Source: Felis catus
Lineage: Eukaryota
NCBI RefSeq assembly: GCF_018350175.1
Contig: NC_058368.1
Location: 114,330,001 to 114,394,000 of the forward strand
Direction: 5' to 3'
Length of the DNA: 64,000 bases
The stretch's first letter is position 1. The number at the start of each line of letters is the position of its first letter. The position numbers and the translations under genes were made by a program. The notes below the pieces were generated by a model, which saw nothing but the letters and a program-made list of their open reading frames with translations, did not search any database and was not told the DNA's origin. Positions 1-11,994 of this stretch are shown piece after piece.

Positions 1-498
1 CTCAGGACACTACTAAAATATGTTACCCACCAAAATAAGGAAGTAAACAGAGATTTAAAAAAAGAAACCACAATACTGAAGAAACAGATGTACAACAAAG
101 TGCAGAAGCAAAGTGACCCCTATGCTGACAGTGAAAGAAGATACTAAAATGACTAGAGCAGGTCTGAGAGCTAAATGTCTTGAGAGGTGTTTTAGATAAG
201 TGGCCTAGTCTGGGCTTGGAATGGTGATAGCTATGCAGAAAACAAGCAAACAATAAAAGAATAAAAAAGTATTCATTCTAGGGAAAACAAAAAGACTTGT
301 TTGGAAATAAAAGTAAGCCTAGTTTAGACTCCTCTAAATAGGAGGTGGGAAGATGAGAAAGATGGATTTGTATTTAGTAGGTAGGGAGAGCAAAAAGGCA
401 AATCCTCGTCCTCCATGGTCAGAAGTCAAGAGATAATACCTAAAATTGAAAAGTCAATAAATAGGATTCAAATAGGTCTTTTTACAAATATGGAAGTA

Positions 499-850
499 GG
501 GGGTGCCTGGCTGGCTCAGTTGGCAGAGCATGTGATTCTTGATCTCAGAGTTGTGAGTTCAAGCCCCACAATGGAAGTAGAGATTACTTAAAAATAAATT
601 TTGGGGGCACCTGGGTGGCTCAGTCTGTTGAGTGTCTGACTCTTGATTTTGGCTCAGGTCATGATACCAGGATCATGGTACTAAGCCCCAAGTTGGGCTT
701 TGAGCTGAGCATGGAGCCTGCTTAAGATTCTCTCCCCTCCTCTTCCTTTGCCCCTCTCCTCTGCTTGTGCTCTCTCTCTAAAATAAAACAACTAAATCAA
801 AATAAAATAAAATAAAATAAAATAAAATAAAATAAAATCTTAAAAAATAA
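499..850 (+). mobile_element. Short tRNA-Lys-like carnivore SINE with a full-length CanSINE in its A-tail, plus (AAAAT)n
   Basis: GGGGTGCCTGGCTGGCTCAG and GGGGCACCTGGGTGGCTCAG heads, CT-rich linker, A tail; flanking repeat AAATATGGAAGTA at ~486-498 and ~856-868. Confidence 0.85.
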
Positions 851-1009
851 ATAAGAAATATGGAAGTAACACTAACAGCATCAAATAAAAGAAGTGAAAG
901 TTGTTGTTTCTTGAGAGGAAAAAGGGGGTATAGCTGAAGAAGGCTGTGGCTTTTCTTAACAGATCCTGTAGAAGTATTAACTTTTAGGAGAATGTTTTTT
1001 TTTTTTAAA

Positions 1010-1240
1010 TATTACTTGTTTTTCTAAATTTTTTTAATGTTTATTTATTTTTGAGACAGAGAGAGACAGAGCATGAACAGGGGAGGGTCAGAGAGAGGGA
1101 GACACAGAATCTGAAACAGGCTCCAGGCTCTGAGCTGTCAGCACAGAGCCTAACGCGGGGCTCAAACTCACGGACTGCGAGATCATGACCTGAGCTGAAG
1201 TCGGCCGGCCGCTTAACCAACTGAGCCACCCAGGCGCCCC
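1010..1240 (-). mobile_element. Full-length felid CanSINE
   Basis: Near-consensus reverse copy ending CACCCAGGCGCCCC; flanking repeat GAGAATGTTTTT on both sides. Confidence 0.9.
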
Positions 1241-1392
1241 GAGAATGTTTTTGATTGAATATAAAAATTAAGAAAAAACAAGGTAGATTGCTATGTAGTG
1301 TTATAGGAAGGGGTCCCTGAGATAAAAATTTAAAAACTACGTTGAGGAATAATAACACAGTTCTGTTTCTAAAGTCATATTACGTATATATT

Positions 1393-1615
1393 GGGGCACC
1401 TGGGTGGCTCAGTCGGTTAAGCATCCAATTTTGGCTCAGGTCATGATCTCACGGTTTGTGGATTCAAGCCTCCCGTCAGGCTCTGTGCTGACAGCTCAGA
1501 GCCTGGAGACTACTTTGGATTCTGTGTCTCCCTCTCTCTCTGCTTCTCCCCAAATTTCACTCTCTCTCTCTCAAAAATAAATATTTAAAAAATTAAAAAA
1601 TAAAAATAAATAAAA
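1393..1615 (+). mobile_element. CanSINE
   Basis: tRNA-derived head, (CT)n, A-rich tail. Confidence 0.85.
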
Positions 1616-2005
1616 TTACATTATGTAATATGAACATTTGTATATGCAGAAAAAGGAATCCACACTAAACTGTTCATAATGGTTGCCTACAAGGAGTAGA
1701 TGGGAGAGAATCAAATTTTACATTATGTATTTCCATTTTATTTTTATTTTTTGTAACGAGCATGAATCACATATACTTTTTTAAAGCTCATTTATTCATA
1801 CACACACATCAAATATTTGTTTGGATTATAACTTCTTTATGCCTTATAGTCATATGCACATTCCAAGTTTTTCACAAAGAGAGATCATTTTAGCAGCTTT
1901 ACTGTATACTCACCAGTGTCACACACTGGGCTGGCTACCCATTAGGCAAGTGCTTATAAAGCCTAACACGGCAGTAGAGAAGCTTCCAACTGAGCAACAA
2001 GGAAC

Positions 2006-2038
2006 CTGTTGTACCACTCATTGCCACCAGGTGGCAGG
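2006..2038 (+). promoter_or_regulatory. Candidate CTCF site (core plus upstream motif)
   Basis: CCACCAGGTGGCAG (2024-2037) fits the CCASYAGRKGGCRS core; CTGTTGTACC upstream resembles the TGCAGTACC upstream module at typical spacing. Confidence 0.6.
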
Positions 2039-2909
2039 TCTCTATCAGAAGTCCCATTGTCTGGAATTTCCTCTTTATTCATTCCTGGCTCCAACAGAGT
2101 ACTTTATTTACCTCACTGTATTATTATAAATTGTTTAAACTTCTTTTTCAGAGCAGACTGAAAGCTTTCCCAGGATAAAAACATCGACTAAGGATAATTC
2201 AAATTAGACCCATAGGTGTTGAGTACTGGTCTGAACTCAGTAGATAAATATTTTTCAGAATGAATAAATGGATGGATAGATGGACAGATATTTCTCTGAA
2301 AACTAATAGAATCCCACAATCATCTCCATACTTTCTTCCCCCAAAATCAATCAAGAAACATTAATTAGGGATTTCTGTGTCCGATCCAGTGCCCAAAGAT
2401 GGGAGTTCAGAATGGTGAGAGAGTAAAAAACAGAATAAAGGGGGTTAGCCACCTGAATCTCTCCGTACAGGAACCCACCCAACTGCAAACCTCCTGAGGC
2501 TAATAGTGAAGATGAAGCTTCTGTCATCTGGGCACCTCAATCCAGTGGGAGAAATATGCTGCTATCCTAGAAAAGATCCCCCTGTGGTTGGGATTGACAA
2601 GGCCTAGCCCTAAGGAGCTTCCAGAATGAAGAGAGCAACATCTTCAAACTTGAAATAGATCTAGTCATGGCTTGCAGATTTATTCCTTCTAATGTACCTC
2701 AGCCCTCACAGGCCCATGTATTCAACAGACCACCAACTGCTCCCATTTTCCACACAGGAGGTCCTCTTATTTTCCTCCCTACACCAGGAACTCTGGATCT
2801 GAAAGGGATAGAGAACTTCAAGCACTCTCCTCTTCCTTCCTTGGACATATTGTTGAGGAACTTATTCATTGAAGCTAGTCACTGAGGGTAAATTTGGGGG
2901 GCAAAGGGA

Positions 2910-2923
2910 GGGTCAGGAGCTCA
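2910..2923 (+). promoter_or_regulatory. Candidate DR2 retinoic acid response element upstream of WNT8A
   Basis: GGGTCA-gg-AGCTCA, one mismatch from RG(G/T)TCA DR2, in unique sequence ~5.8 kb upstream of the ATG. Confidence 0.35.
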
Positions 2924-3359
2924 AGCAGCTGTGGCATTTGGACTGGAAGTCAAGGATCCCCAGGGGGTGGGAAGAGACAAGTTTCCAAGGAGAAGGGGTG
3001 GAGACCAGAGACTGAAAATCCTTGAGCTCTGCTCAGTGTCACAGTTTAGAAGAATATGCATAGAGGCTCATTCTCCCCCCTGCTTCGCCCTTCTCCCCTT
3101 GCTTATCTAATTAGCAGAAGAGTGTAAAAAGTCAGAAATCCTACCTCTTTCTCTACTCTGGCATTCTTCAGCCACCTCCACCCTCTCTCCACCCTCTCAC
3201 TCCACTGCCCCCAATCCAATTTGCTCCACAATCTAAGCAGTGCTTATAGGTCAGAGCCCTGGAGGGAGCCTGGAAAAGAAATGTGGGGGAACAGGGATTT
3301 GGGAGTTTAGTGGGAGTACACAATGGAAAGAAGGACTAGAATGCACACCATCATCATGG

Positions 3360-3467
3360 TAGGGTAACCAACCACCTGGTGTGTCCAACACTGTCCAGGT
3401 TTAAGCACTGGAAGTCCCACTCCATGGGAAATCCCTCAATCCTGGGCAAACCAGGATGATAGGATCC
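3360..3467. mobile_element. Old non-autonomous hAT element (MER94-like)
   Basis: TAGGGTAACCAACC start and GGGCAAACCAGGA near the end resemble MER94/MER81 termini. Confidence 0.45.
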
Positions 3468-4334
3468 AGGTTTTCTCGGCCTCAACTCACTGTGTGACCC
3501 TGAGTAATTCCCCTCTCTCTGGGCCTCAGTTACCTCATAAAATGGGACCCTCTATATCAGACACTGTTCTATGAATTGTCTCTAGAATTTTTTTTTTTTT
3601 TAAGTAGGCTCCATGCCCAGTCTATAGCCCAGTGAGGGGTTTAATTCACAACCCTGAGATCAAGACCTGAACTGAGATCAAGAGTCAGACACTTAGCTTA
3701 ACCGACTGAGCCACCCAGGCACCCCGAGTCCTCTAGATTTTTTGAAGCTAGGTACAACAAGGGTGAGTCTGGCTTACTCCTCATTTATTATAGCCTCCAG
3801 CACCTCCCATAGGATTCTTGAAACCTCAACATCCCATAAAATTAGAGGCAGAAGAGGCATTCAGAATTATCTGATCTGGCCTCCTTTCTAGTTCTATGAA
3901 CATCTTTCCAGAGGTGCATGCATTTATTCATTGGATTCTACTTTCTGCCCTACATTATAGTTATTCACTTTAGCCTCTGTTTACAAGACACTAAGCTCCT
4001 TGAGGGCAGGTAGCAAGACTTATAGCTCAGCAAGAGTTAAAACCTTGTGCATAAATGGAATAGACAAAAATTTGGTGTTAAATTCCACATAGAAATCTTT
4101 TGCACTGGGACACCTGGTGGATCAATCAGCTGAGTGTTCAACTTCAGCTCAGGTCATGATCTCAATGGTTTGTGAGTTCAAGCCCCACATTGGACTCACT
4201 GCTCACTTCGAATCTTCTGTCTTCCCTTCTCTCTGCCTCTCCCCTGCTCTCTCGCTATCTCAAAAATAAATAAAACATAAAAAAAAATATTTTGCACTGT
4301 ATCTCCAAATAACTTAGAGGGAGAACACAGTCTC

Positions 4335-5090
4335 CAGTACTGTGCTGGGAGCACAGTTTGTCCCAGCTCAGAAAGCTGACTGGCAAATCCTCAGTAATTT
4401 TGCAAACTGGTTGCTAAACACAGTGATTATTAAAAATTGAGTAGATTTTATCGAGAGTAGAGCATGCAACTCTTGATCTAGGGGTTGTGAGCTCAAGTCC
4501 CAGGATGGGTGTAGAGATTACTTCAAAATAAAATCTTAAAAGGTGCCTGAGTGGCTCATTTGGTTAAGTATCCAACTTTGGCTCAGGTCATGATCTTGCA
4601 GTTTATGAGTTTGAGCCCCACATCGGGCTCTGTGCTGACAGCTCAGAGCCTGGAACCTGCTCCAGATTCTGTGTCTTCCTCTCTCTCTCTGTCCCTTCCC
4701 CACTCACCCTCTGTCTCTCTCTCTCTCTCAATAAATAAACATTAAAATAAATTTTTTTAATAAAATAAAATCTTAAAAAAATTAAATTACATGAACAAAT
4801 TATATTCAAAACAAAGATGACAAGTACTCAAAATTAATCTTTTCCTAATTATTTTCTGACATTTTACTATTATCTATACTCTTAAGGTTATTTATATGTC
4901 TATTAAACCTATATGATAGAATACTATATAATGATTTGATACTGTTCATTTCTTTCCTAAGTCCATGATGGTAGTTTGAAATAGGCCATGGTGGGAGTAT
5001 TTATACCATGGAAATCAACAAACACTACCAATCATGGCTCCTGTCACACCAAAGCTGGTTGTTAAGCACCTACTTACCAGCATGCCATTG
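4335..5090. mobile_element. Old hAT-Blackjack DNA transposon (MER63-like) interrupted by two SINEs (~4450-4790)
   Basis: Degenerate terminal inverted repeats CAGTACTGTGCTGG / CCAGCATGCCATTG; internal GGCCATGGTGGGAGTATTTATACCATGGAAATC recalled from MER63. Confidence 0.55.
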
Positions 5091-5226
5091 GTTCAGAGAC
5101 ACTCTTGTCTTGTGACAGGCCCACTCTACCTCCCTGTCATCATCTCCTGTGGTCTTCAGATCCAGATTTCCCTTCCTGGAAAAGAAAAACCAAGAGTTGG
5201 ATCATCACTTAAAAACTAATGAGAAA

Positions 5227-5386
5227 GGGACACCTGAGTGGCTTAGTCAGTTAAGTATCCAACTTGGGCTCAGGTCATGATCTTGTAGTCCATGAGTTCA
5301 AGCCCTGTGTCGGTCTCTGTGCTGACAGCTCAGAGCCTGGAGCCTGCTTCAGATTCTGTGTCTCCCTCTCTATCTGTCCCTCCCCT

Positions 5387-5427
<41 letters not shown>

Positions 5428-5770
5428 AATAAATAAACATTAAAAAAGAAAAAAAGAAAGAAAACTAATGAGATAAAGGGGCACCTGGGCAGCTCAGTCG
5501 GTTAAGCAGCCAGCTCTTGGTTTCAGCTCAGGTCATGATCTCAGGGTTCGTGAGTCTGAGCCCCACATTAGGCTCTGTGCTGACAGTGGCAGAGACTGCT
5601 TGGGATTCTCTCTCTCCCTCTCTCTCTGTTCCTCCCCAGCTCTCTCACAGTCTCTCTCTCTCAAAATAAACTTTAAACAAACAAAACAACTAATGAGATA
5701 GGATGGCTGGCTTAGTTGGTAGAGCATGGGACTCTCAACCTTTGATGGGAGCCTACTTAAACAGTCAAGC
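5227..5770 (+). mobile_element. Three SINEs stacked head-to-tail at one target site
   Basis: SINE heads at ~5227, ~5478, ~5701, each preceded by AAACTAATGAGA-like target copies. Confidence 0.85.
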
Positions 5771-6594
5771 AAACAATGAGACAATAGAGTTGGGGTTAAG
5801 GAAATGGATGCACAATGACCGTAAATGATTGGTAGACTCCAGTGTGGAGTGTCTATCTCTGGCTCATCTCTCTGTCCACATGAGGGACTTCCATCAGTCC
5901 AGCACAGGGATCTTATGTAGACATAGACCCAAAGCACTCTGAAGAAAGCATTGGTTGTTCTCTAGGTATCTGTCTTACAGATCTGTCCTGATGGCCACTG
6001 AAGAATTCAAAGATAAATAAGATGAATCCATATGAAGAGCTAGGGAAGACAAGACTTCCCCATTTCTGGCCTATAATTACCTTGGGGACTAATAAATTTT
6101 GTAAACCTTAAAAGTAGGATTACAACATGTAGAAAGCTGGGGAAGTCTACAGAGGTCATTCATTGTTCAACATTTTCTGCATTCCCTCATTTTACGATGA
6201 AAAAACTGAGTCCACGTGGTAACAAATAGTTTACCCAAGGTTATACCACAAATTAGTGGCCAAAGCAGAAGGCTCCTAAGACCTGGGAGTAAAGTCCTTT
6301 CTTAACATCCTAAATTCCCATTGGAGAAATTATGTGAGCTTTGGAGAATCTGAGCGGAAGCATACACAATGTTTGCACACAAAAAGCTCACTACCTTCTC
6401 CTCTCTTTCCTATAGGGGATACAGAATAATAAGACCCAGGTGCTCACACACAGGAAGTGAATGTGGAGTCATTCCTAAAACTCTTTCAAGGAGCATGGCG
6501 GGGACTACCTCAGGGCTAACGGTGCTCTGACCCAACAGTGAGTGGCATGGAAATCAACGCTGCTGTCTTAAGAAGGTAACGTTAAACATTAGAT

Positions 6595-6820
6595 TCTTTT
6601 TTTTTTTTAATTTTTTTAAATGCTTATTTATTTTTGAGAGGGAGAGAGACAGAGAGCAAGCAGGACAGTGGCAGAGAGAGAGGAAGACACAGAACCCAAA
6701 GCAGGTTCCAGGGTCTGAGTTGTTGGCACAGAGCCAGTGTGGGGCTTAAACTCACGAACCATGAGATCATGACCTGAGCTGAAGCTGGACGCTTAACCGA
6801 CTAAGCCACCCAGGCACCCC
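6595..6820 (-). mobile_element. CanSINE
   Basis: Reverse copy with flanking repeat ACATTAGATTCTT on both sides. Confidence 0.88.
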
Positions 6821-7564
6821 AGACATTAGATTCTTGACTGGGGAAAGTAGGAGGCAAACTCAGTGGGCTTTTCCCAAGTGACTCAAGTCTCAGATACCTC
6901 TTTTCCCCAAGGAGAGAAGCCCACAAGCAAGCAGAGGAAGACAGTTAGTTGCTGGGCCAAGAGGCAGAGCTTTAGTTCATTAAGGACACTTTGCATTTGT
7001 GACATTCGCACCTATCCTCTTAGAAAAATGAAACAGAAAAAAATATATATACAAATTAGGAGCCCAAATTTCTTATCATTAGATTCAGCATATCTAAAAT
7101 TATTACATCAAAATGCTGTAAAAATTTCTAAACACTTTCATTTCTGTACTTAGGTAACAGGTAACAGTTCACACACTAACACCAATCCTAGCCCATACTT
7201 TGAGTGCACTGCCCTAACAAATAAAAAAGCCTGATCACTCCTTGGCCCCTGGAGCTCCTTTGGTTGGGGGTAGTGCTTGAGCTCCCTTTCTCACCCAAAT
7301 CAGGTGCCAGAGGGCTGGGATGTGATCTGGATATTCAGGGTCACAGGGTGCTGAGTCAGGATGGTGCCTCCTCAGCCCTAGAAAAGAGTTTCACCAACCA
7401 AGTAGGAGCTCCACCCCTTCACTATGTGCCCAAACCTACCTAAATGGTGCCTCAGGTCCCTACTAGGGGCCACAATTTCTTTCATTCATTTGTTCATTCA
7501 TTCATCTGTTCACTCATCCAGGCATCATCTCAAGCACTAAAGTCAATCTAGAAGAGAGATTCCT

Positions 7565-7985
7565 GGGGTGCCTGGCTGGCTCAGTCAGTAGAACATGTAA
7601 CTCTTGATCTCAGGTCATGGGTTCAAGCCCCATGTTGGACATAGAGATTTCTTAAAAAACAAAATAACAAAAAATAAAATAAAACAAAATTAAATTAAAT
7701 TTAAAAATAAAATAAAATATTCTTGCCTAAGGAGCTGATGTCCTAGCAACAGACTGGTGTCAGAAGGGCATCAGTCCTGGGGTGCCTGGATGGCCCAGTC
7801 AGTTAAGTGTCTAACTTTGGCTCAGGTTATGATCTTGTGGTTTGTGAGTTCAAGCCCTGCATCAGGCTCTGTGCTGACAGCTCCGAGTCTGCTTCAGATT
7901 CTGTCTCTCCCTCTCTCTCTCTGTCCCCTGCCAACTCGTGGTCTCTTTCTGTCTCTCTCACTCTCTATCTCAAAAACAAAGAAAG
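7565..7985 (+). mobile_element. Short SINE (7565-7715) and full-length CanSINE (7779-7985) upstream of WNT8A
   Basis: Typical heads and A-rich tails. Confidence 0.85.
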
Positions 7986-8507
7986 AAAGTCATCAATCTT
8001 TTCAAATACAGCCCTGGGTGGCCCGAAGATTGATTCTCACATATAAAATGAAAGACCTTCTAGGAATGAAGGAAATTTACCAGAATTTACTTTGGTGGAA
8101 TGTAATAGAAGGGCCTATTACAGAGATAATCTCTGAAGTGATCTGTTTCATGGTCCCATGATTCCATGACTTTACAGTCACCAAGGAAGGAGGTAGGAAA
8201 GGTGCATTCACTTACTTTGGGAAAATGAGTAATAGAGGGTCCCCAGTAGGGTTCCTCTATAATTATTAATACTGGGGAAGAAGACAGGACAAAGGGTGAG
8301 GTCTCACTGACAGATGAGGACACTGTAGATCTGAGGAATTGGTGACCTATCTTGAGGGTTAGGAACCTCATCTGCTCCAGCCTACAAGACTCTGAGAAAC
8401 GAGCCATCAAGTAAGAAGAGACAAATCTGATTTATAGAGGAAAGAAACCTCAAGGGTAAGGAAAGGCTTCAGCCCTTCTGTCAGCCTGAGAGGGAAGAAG
8501 GGCTGGC

Positions 8508-8527
8508 AGGGCGGGGTGGGGCGGGGC
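8508..8527 (+). promoter_or_regulatory. Tandem GC boxes (Sp/KLF) in the WNT8A proximal promoter
   Basis: AGGGCGGGGTGGGGCGGGGC ~230 bp upstream of the ATG. Confidence 0.55.
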
Positions 8528-8749
8528 TTTCCTTGGAGGTTTTGGGCTGAGTCCTTCCTTCCTGGTCCCCCATTGGGTCAGTGGCTCCTGCAGTCCTGCC
8601 AGTGAGGGACAAATGAGAAGAGCTGTTGATTTTTCCCCCTTGGCCATTCAGAATTTCCCCAAGTAAATACTGAGAAAGACCCTGCCCTCTCCTCACTTCT
8701 CTGGAGTTGGCCCTGGGCTGGACCTGGTCCCCTGGGGGTGAGCAGGGCC

Positions 8750-8817
8750 ATGGGAGACCTGTTTATGCTCAGGGTGGCTGTTGGCATATGTTATGCCACC
8801 TTCAGTGCCTCTGCCTG
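8750..8817 (+). CDS. WNT8A: Wnt-8a coding exon 1 (signal peptide)
   Basis: GCCATGG Kozak; MGDLFMLRVAVGICYATFSASA(W); donor TG|GTAAGT; phase 2 matches exon 2. Confidence 0.93.
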
Positions 8818-8919
8818 GTAAGTCCTTGCCCCCCCCTCTCCTCCACCACTCCCCACCAAGGAAACCCCCATTATATCATCCCCATTCACCACTTGCCTCA
8901 CTTTTCCTCTTTTTGATAG

Positions 8920-8953
8920 GTCAGTGAACAATTTCCTGATAACAGGCCCTAAG
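8920..8953 (+). CDS. WNT8A: Wnt-8a coding exon 2
   Basis: Polypyrimidine tract + TAG acceptor; (W)SVNNFLITGPK; donor AAG|GTAGG. Confidence 0.95.
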
Positions 8954-9166
8954 GTAGGATGATCTCTGGCTTCTGTTTTTACCCATCTGGGTTCCTAAGA
9001 GAACTCTTTTGGGGAAAGAAAAGAGGGGAGGGGAGACAGACGGGGGAACCCATAAGTTTTCCTTAATGGAGAGCTAACCCATTTGAGTCCTGCCTGCTCC
9101 CCTGCTCCCCCCAGACAACCTGACCTGAGCCAGAGCTGAACTTCATAGTCCTTTTCCCTTTGCCAG

Positions 9167-9305
9167 GCCTATCTGACCTACACTACTAGTGTGGCCCTGG
9201 GTGCCCAGAGTGGCATTGAGGAGTGTAAGTTCCAATTTGCTTGGGAACGCTGGAACTGCCCGGAAAATGCTCTCCAGCTGTCCACTCACAACAGGTTGAG
9301 AAGTG
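9167..9305 (+). CDS. WNT8A: Wnt-8a coding exon 3
   Basis: CAG acceptor; AYLTYTTSVALGAQSGIEECKFQFAWERWNCPENALQLSTHNRLRS; donor G|GTAAG. Confidence 0.97.
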
Positions 9306-10089
9306 GTAAGTTTGTGCACCTGCACAAGGGGGTATATGTGCATGGAGGTGGGTTTGCAGTATGTGTATACGTTGTATGTATGACATATATATGCACAGTG
9401 AAATGAAAAAGTTATCAGTGATCAGCTGATCTGCCATTTCCTTGCTGTGAAACCTTGAAATGAGTTACTTCCCCTCTCTTACCCCAGTTTTGTCATTTGG
9501 TCAATAAGGCCAGCTCTATTTAGGTCACCAGGAGTAATGAGGGCTACCTGGCTTAGGAAAGAGAAAAGGACTTTTACTTCCTTCTGACATGAAGCGGGAA
9601 CCATGTAATAATCATAATGATCGTGGCTACCATTTATTGAGCTGGTATCTTACTAAACTCTCTAAAAAATCATTGTCCCATTTCATTTCCACACACTCCC
9701 CATTCTGAGTGTCTACTCCATGGGAAGATATTTCTCTTCGTCACTATCATCTTCTTTACTACTCCCCACCTCTTCTCAGGCACCTCTTTATTGTTTCTAT
9801 ATAAACAACTTTTATGCAAACTACTACACACAGTTAAAAACAGCTGCACTGGTGCATACACACACGCACACCTCCACATGAGACACAGCTCAGTGTGATC
9901 TTTCAGAATCTCTGTTGTTGGGATTTTATGACAGCTGGGCAAATGGGAAACTCCTCCAAGTCTGCAAACACAGAGTCCTTTCCCTATTTTTATTTCATGT
10001 AACTCCGTGCAAGGTAAGTGTATACAAACACACAAATATGGGCATGCATTTTAAAAATAGAGATTATTACATTTTATAGAAATACTTTT

Positions 10090-10790
10090 GGGGGCACCTG
10101 GGTGGCTCAGTCAGTTAAACATCCGACTTTTTTTTTTAAGGGAAATTTTAAAATTAAAAAAATTCTTTTTCACTGTTTATTTTTGAGAGAGAGACAGAGC
10201 ACTAATGGGGGTAGGGCAGAGAGAGAGGGAGACACAGAATCTGAAGCAGGCTCCAGGATCTGAGCTGTCAGCACAGAGCCTAACACAGGGCTCAAACCCA
10301 TGAAAACCCATGAACCACCAGATCATGACCTAAGCCAAAGTCAGATGCTTACCTGACTGAGCCACCCAGGCACCCCTATAATTTTTTTTAAGTTTATTCA
10401 TTTTGAGAGAGCGAGTGAGCCAGGGAGGGGCAGAGAGAGAAGGAGTGATAGAGAATCCCAGGCAGGCTTCACACTGCTAGCATGGAGCCTGATATGGGCC
10501 TCAAACCCAAGAACCATGAGATCATGACCTGAGATGAAACCAAGAGTCAGACACCAGCTGAGTCACTCAGGCACCCCAAGCATCTGACTCTTGATCTCAG
10601 CTCAGGTCATGATCTCATGGTTTGTGAGTTCAAGCCCTTTATCGGGCTCAGTGCTAATGGTGCAGAGCCTGCGTGGGATTCTGTCTCTCCTTCTCTCTGC
10701 CCATTGCCTGCCTCTCTCCCTCTCTCTCCCTCTCTCTCAAAATACATAAATAAACAAACAAACAAACAAACAAATAACAACAAAACAAAA
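10090..10790. mobile_element. Nested SINE cluster in WNT8A intron 3
   Basis: + strand CanSINE split after its head (~10090-10127, resumes ~10578) by two - strand CanSINEs (~10130-10376, ~10380-10576). Confidence 0.8.
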
Positions 10791-11170
10791 AGAGATATTT
10801 TTGTATTCACCTCACTGAGTCCTCACTGCCTGAGGACTAGAAGCAGTGGCTAATGAACAGAAGCCCAGGATGGTTTTCAAGACAGCAGGGTCTTGGTCCC
10901 AGTACAAGGGGTAAGGAGAGTGGCTTTGATCTCATCACTGTCTCTCTGGGCTTTACTTTCCCCATCTGTACATGGGGATGCTCATGTCTATGTGAATGAC
11001 AGTAAGGACGCTGAAAAGACATGCACTGTTCTCTCAAGTAGAAGAAAGAGTATCCTCTTCAACCCAAAGGGGGCAGGGGACAGGGGAGAGAAAGAGCATT
11101 GCTTTTCCAAAGCCTCTGCTTTTTTGGGTCATCAGAGCCCAAGTTTCCAGTCCCCTCTCTCTCTCCAAAG

Positions 11171-11296
11171 CCACCAGGGAGACTTCCTTCATTCATGCGA
11201 TCAGCTCTGCTGGAGTCATGTACACCATCACCAAGAACTGTAGCATGGGTGACTTTGAAAACTGTGGCTGTGATGAGTCAAAAAATGGAAAAACAG
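11171..11296 (+). CDS. WNT8A: Wnt-8a coding exon 4
   Basis: AAG acceptor; (A)TRETSFIHAISSAGVMYTITKNCSMGDFENCGCDESKNGKT; donor G|GTAAG. Confidence 0.97.
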
Positions 11297-11994
11297 GTAA
11301 GTTGTGCTCTCTGATGTGGGTGGGAAGAAGTGAGGGATGCAGAGCTACATTCAGGCTAAGGTCTTCCAGGAAAAGGTGGAGACATTTCCCTCCAACCCCT
11401 AGATACTAGCAGCAACTTCTTGGTGGGAGGTCCTGAACCTATAGTCTCCCAAGAGTTAAGCCTGGGTCCCTGATTCCAGGATCAAGTAGCATTGAACTCT
11501 AGAACTAACAAGGCATCTAGGAATTAGAAGGCCAAAGAGAGTTTAAAGCTAACCCTCATATTTCAGTCTGAGAACAGTTTGGCCATAATCCAGAGCTACT
11601 CAGTTACTTGTACACCATCTAAGAGAATCAGATTTGTCATTAATGAGGGAGGAGATGACTCTAACAAGACTACTGTAAGATAATGGTACAGAATTCCAGA
11701 ATGTTTGAGCTGCAATGAACCTCTGAGATCATCTAGGTCAGGCTCAGTATGCCTCCTTTACTGTGGGTATAGAAACTAACTGCCTAGAGATAGAAAGTAC
11801 CTGAGGGTGAGCACTTGGCTTTGGGAACAGGACCTCACCCACCCACCCTGAGCACCTCCACGTCCCTGTTTCACCTGCAGCTATAGCTTTACACTCTTCT
11901 AGGGCTCTTGGGGGATGGTTAGCTAAAGTGACCTTGACTCTTCTGAAATTGACCAGGGAAATGTGTGCAGAACTTACTCTTTCCTTATGTATAG

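Noticed and set aside
6153..6169. DR5-like AGGTCA-ttcat-TGTTCA
   Set aside because: The second half-site is poor and it lies in MIR-like sequence where AGGTCA is part of the repeat.
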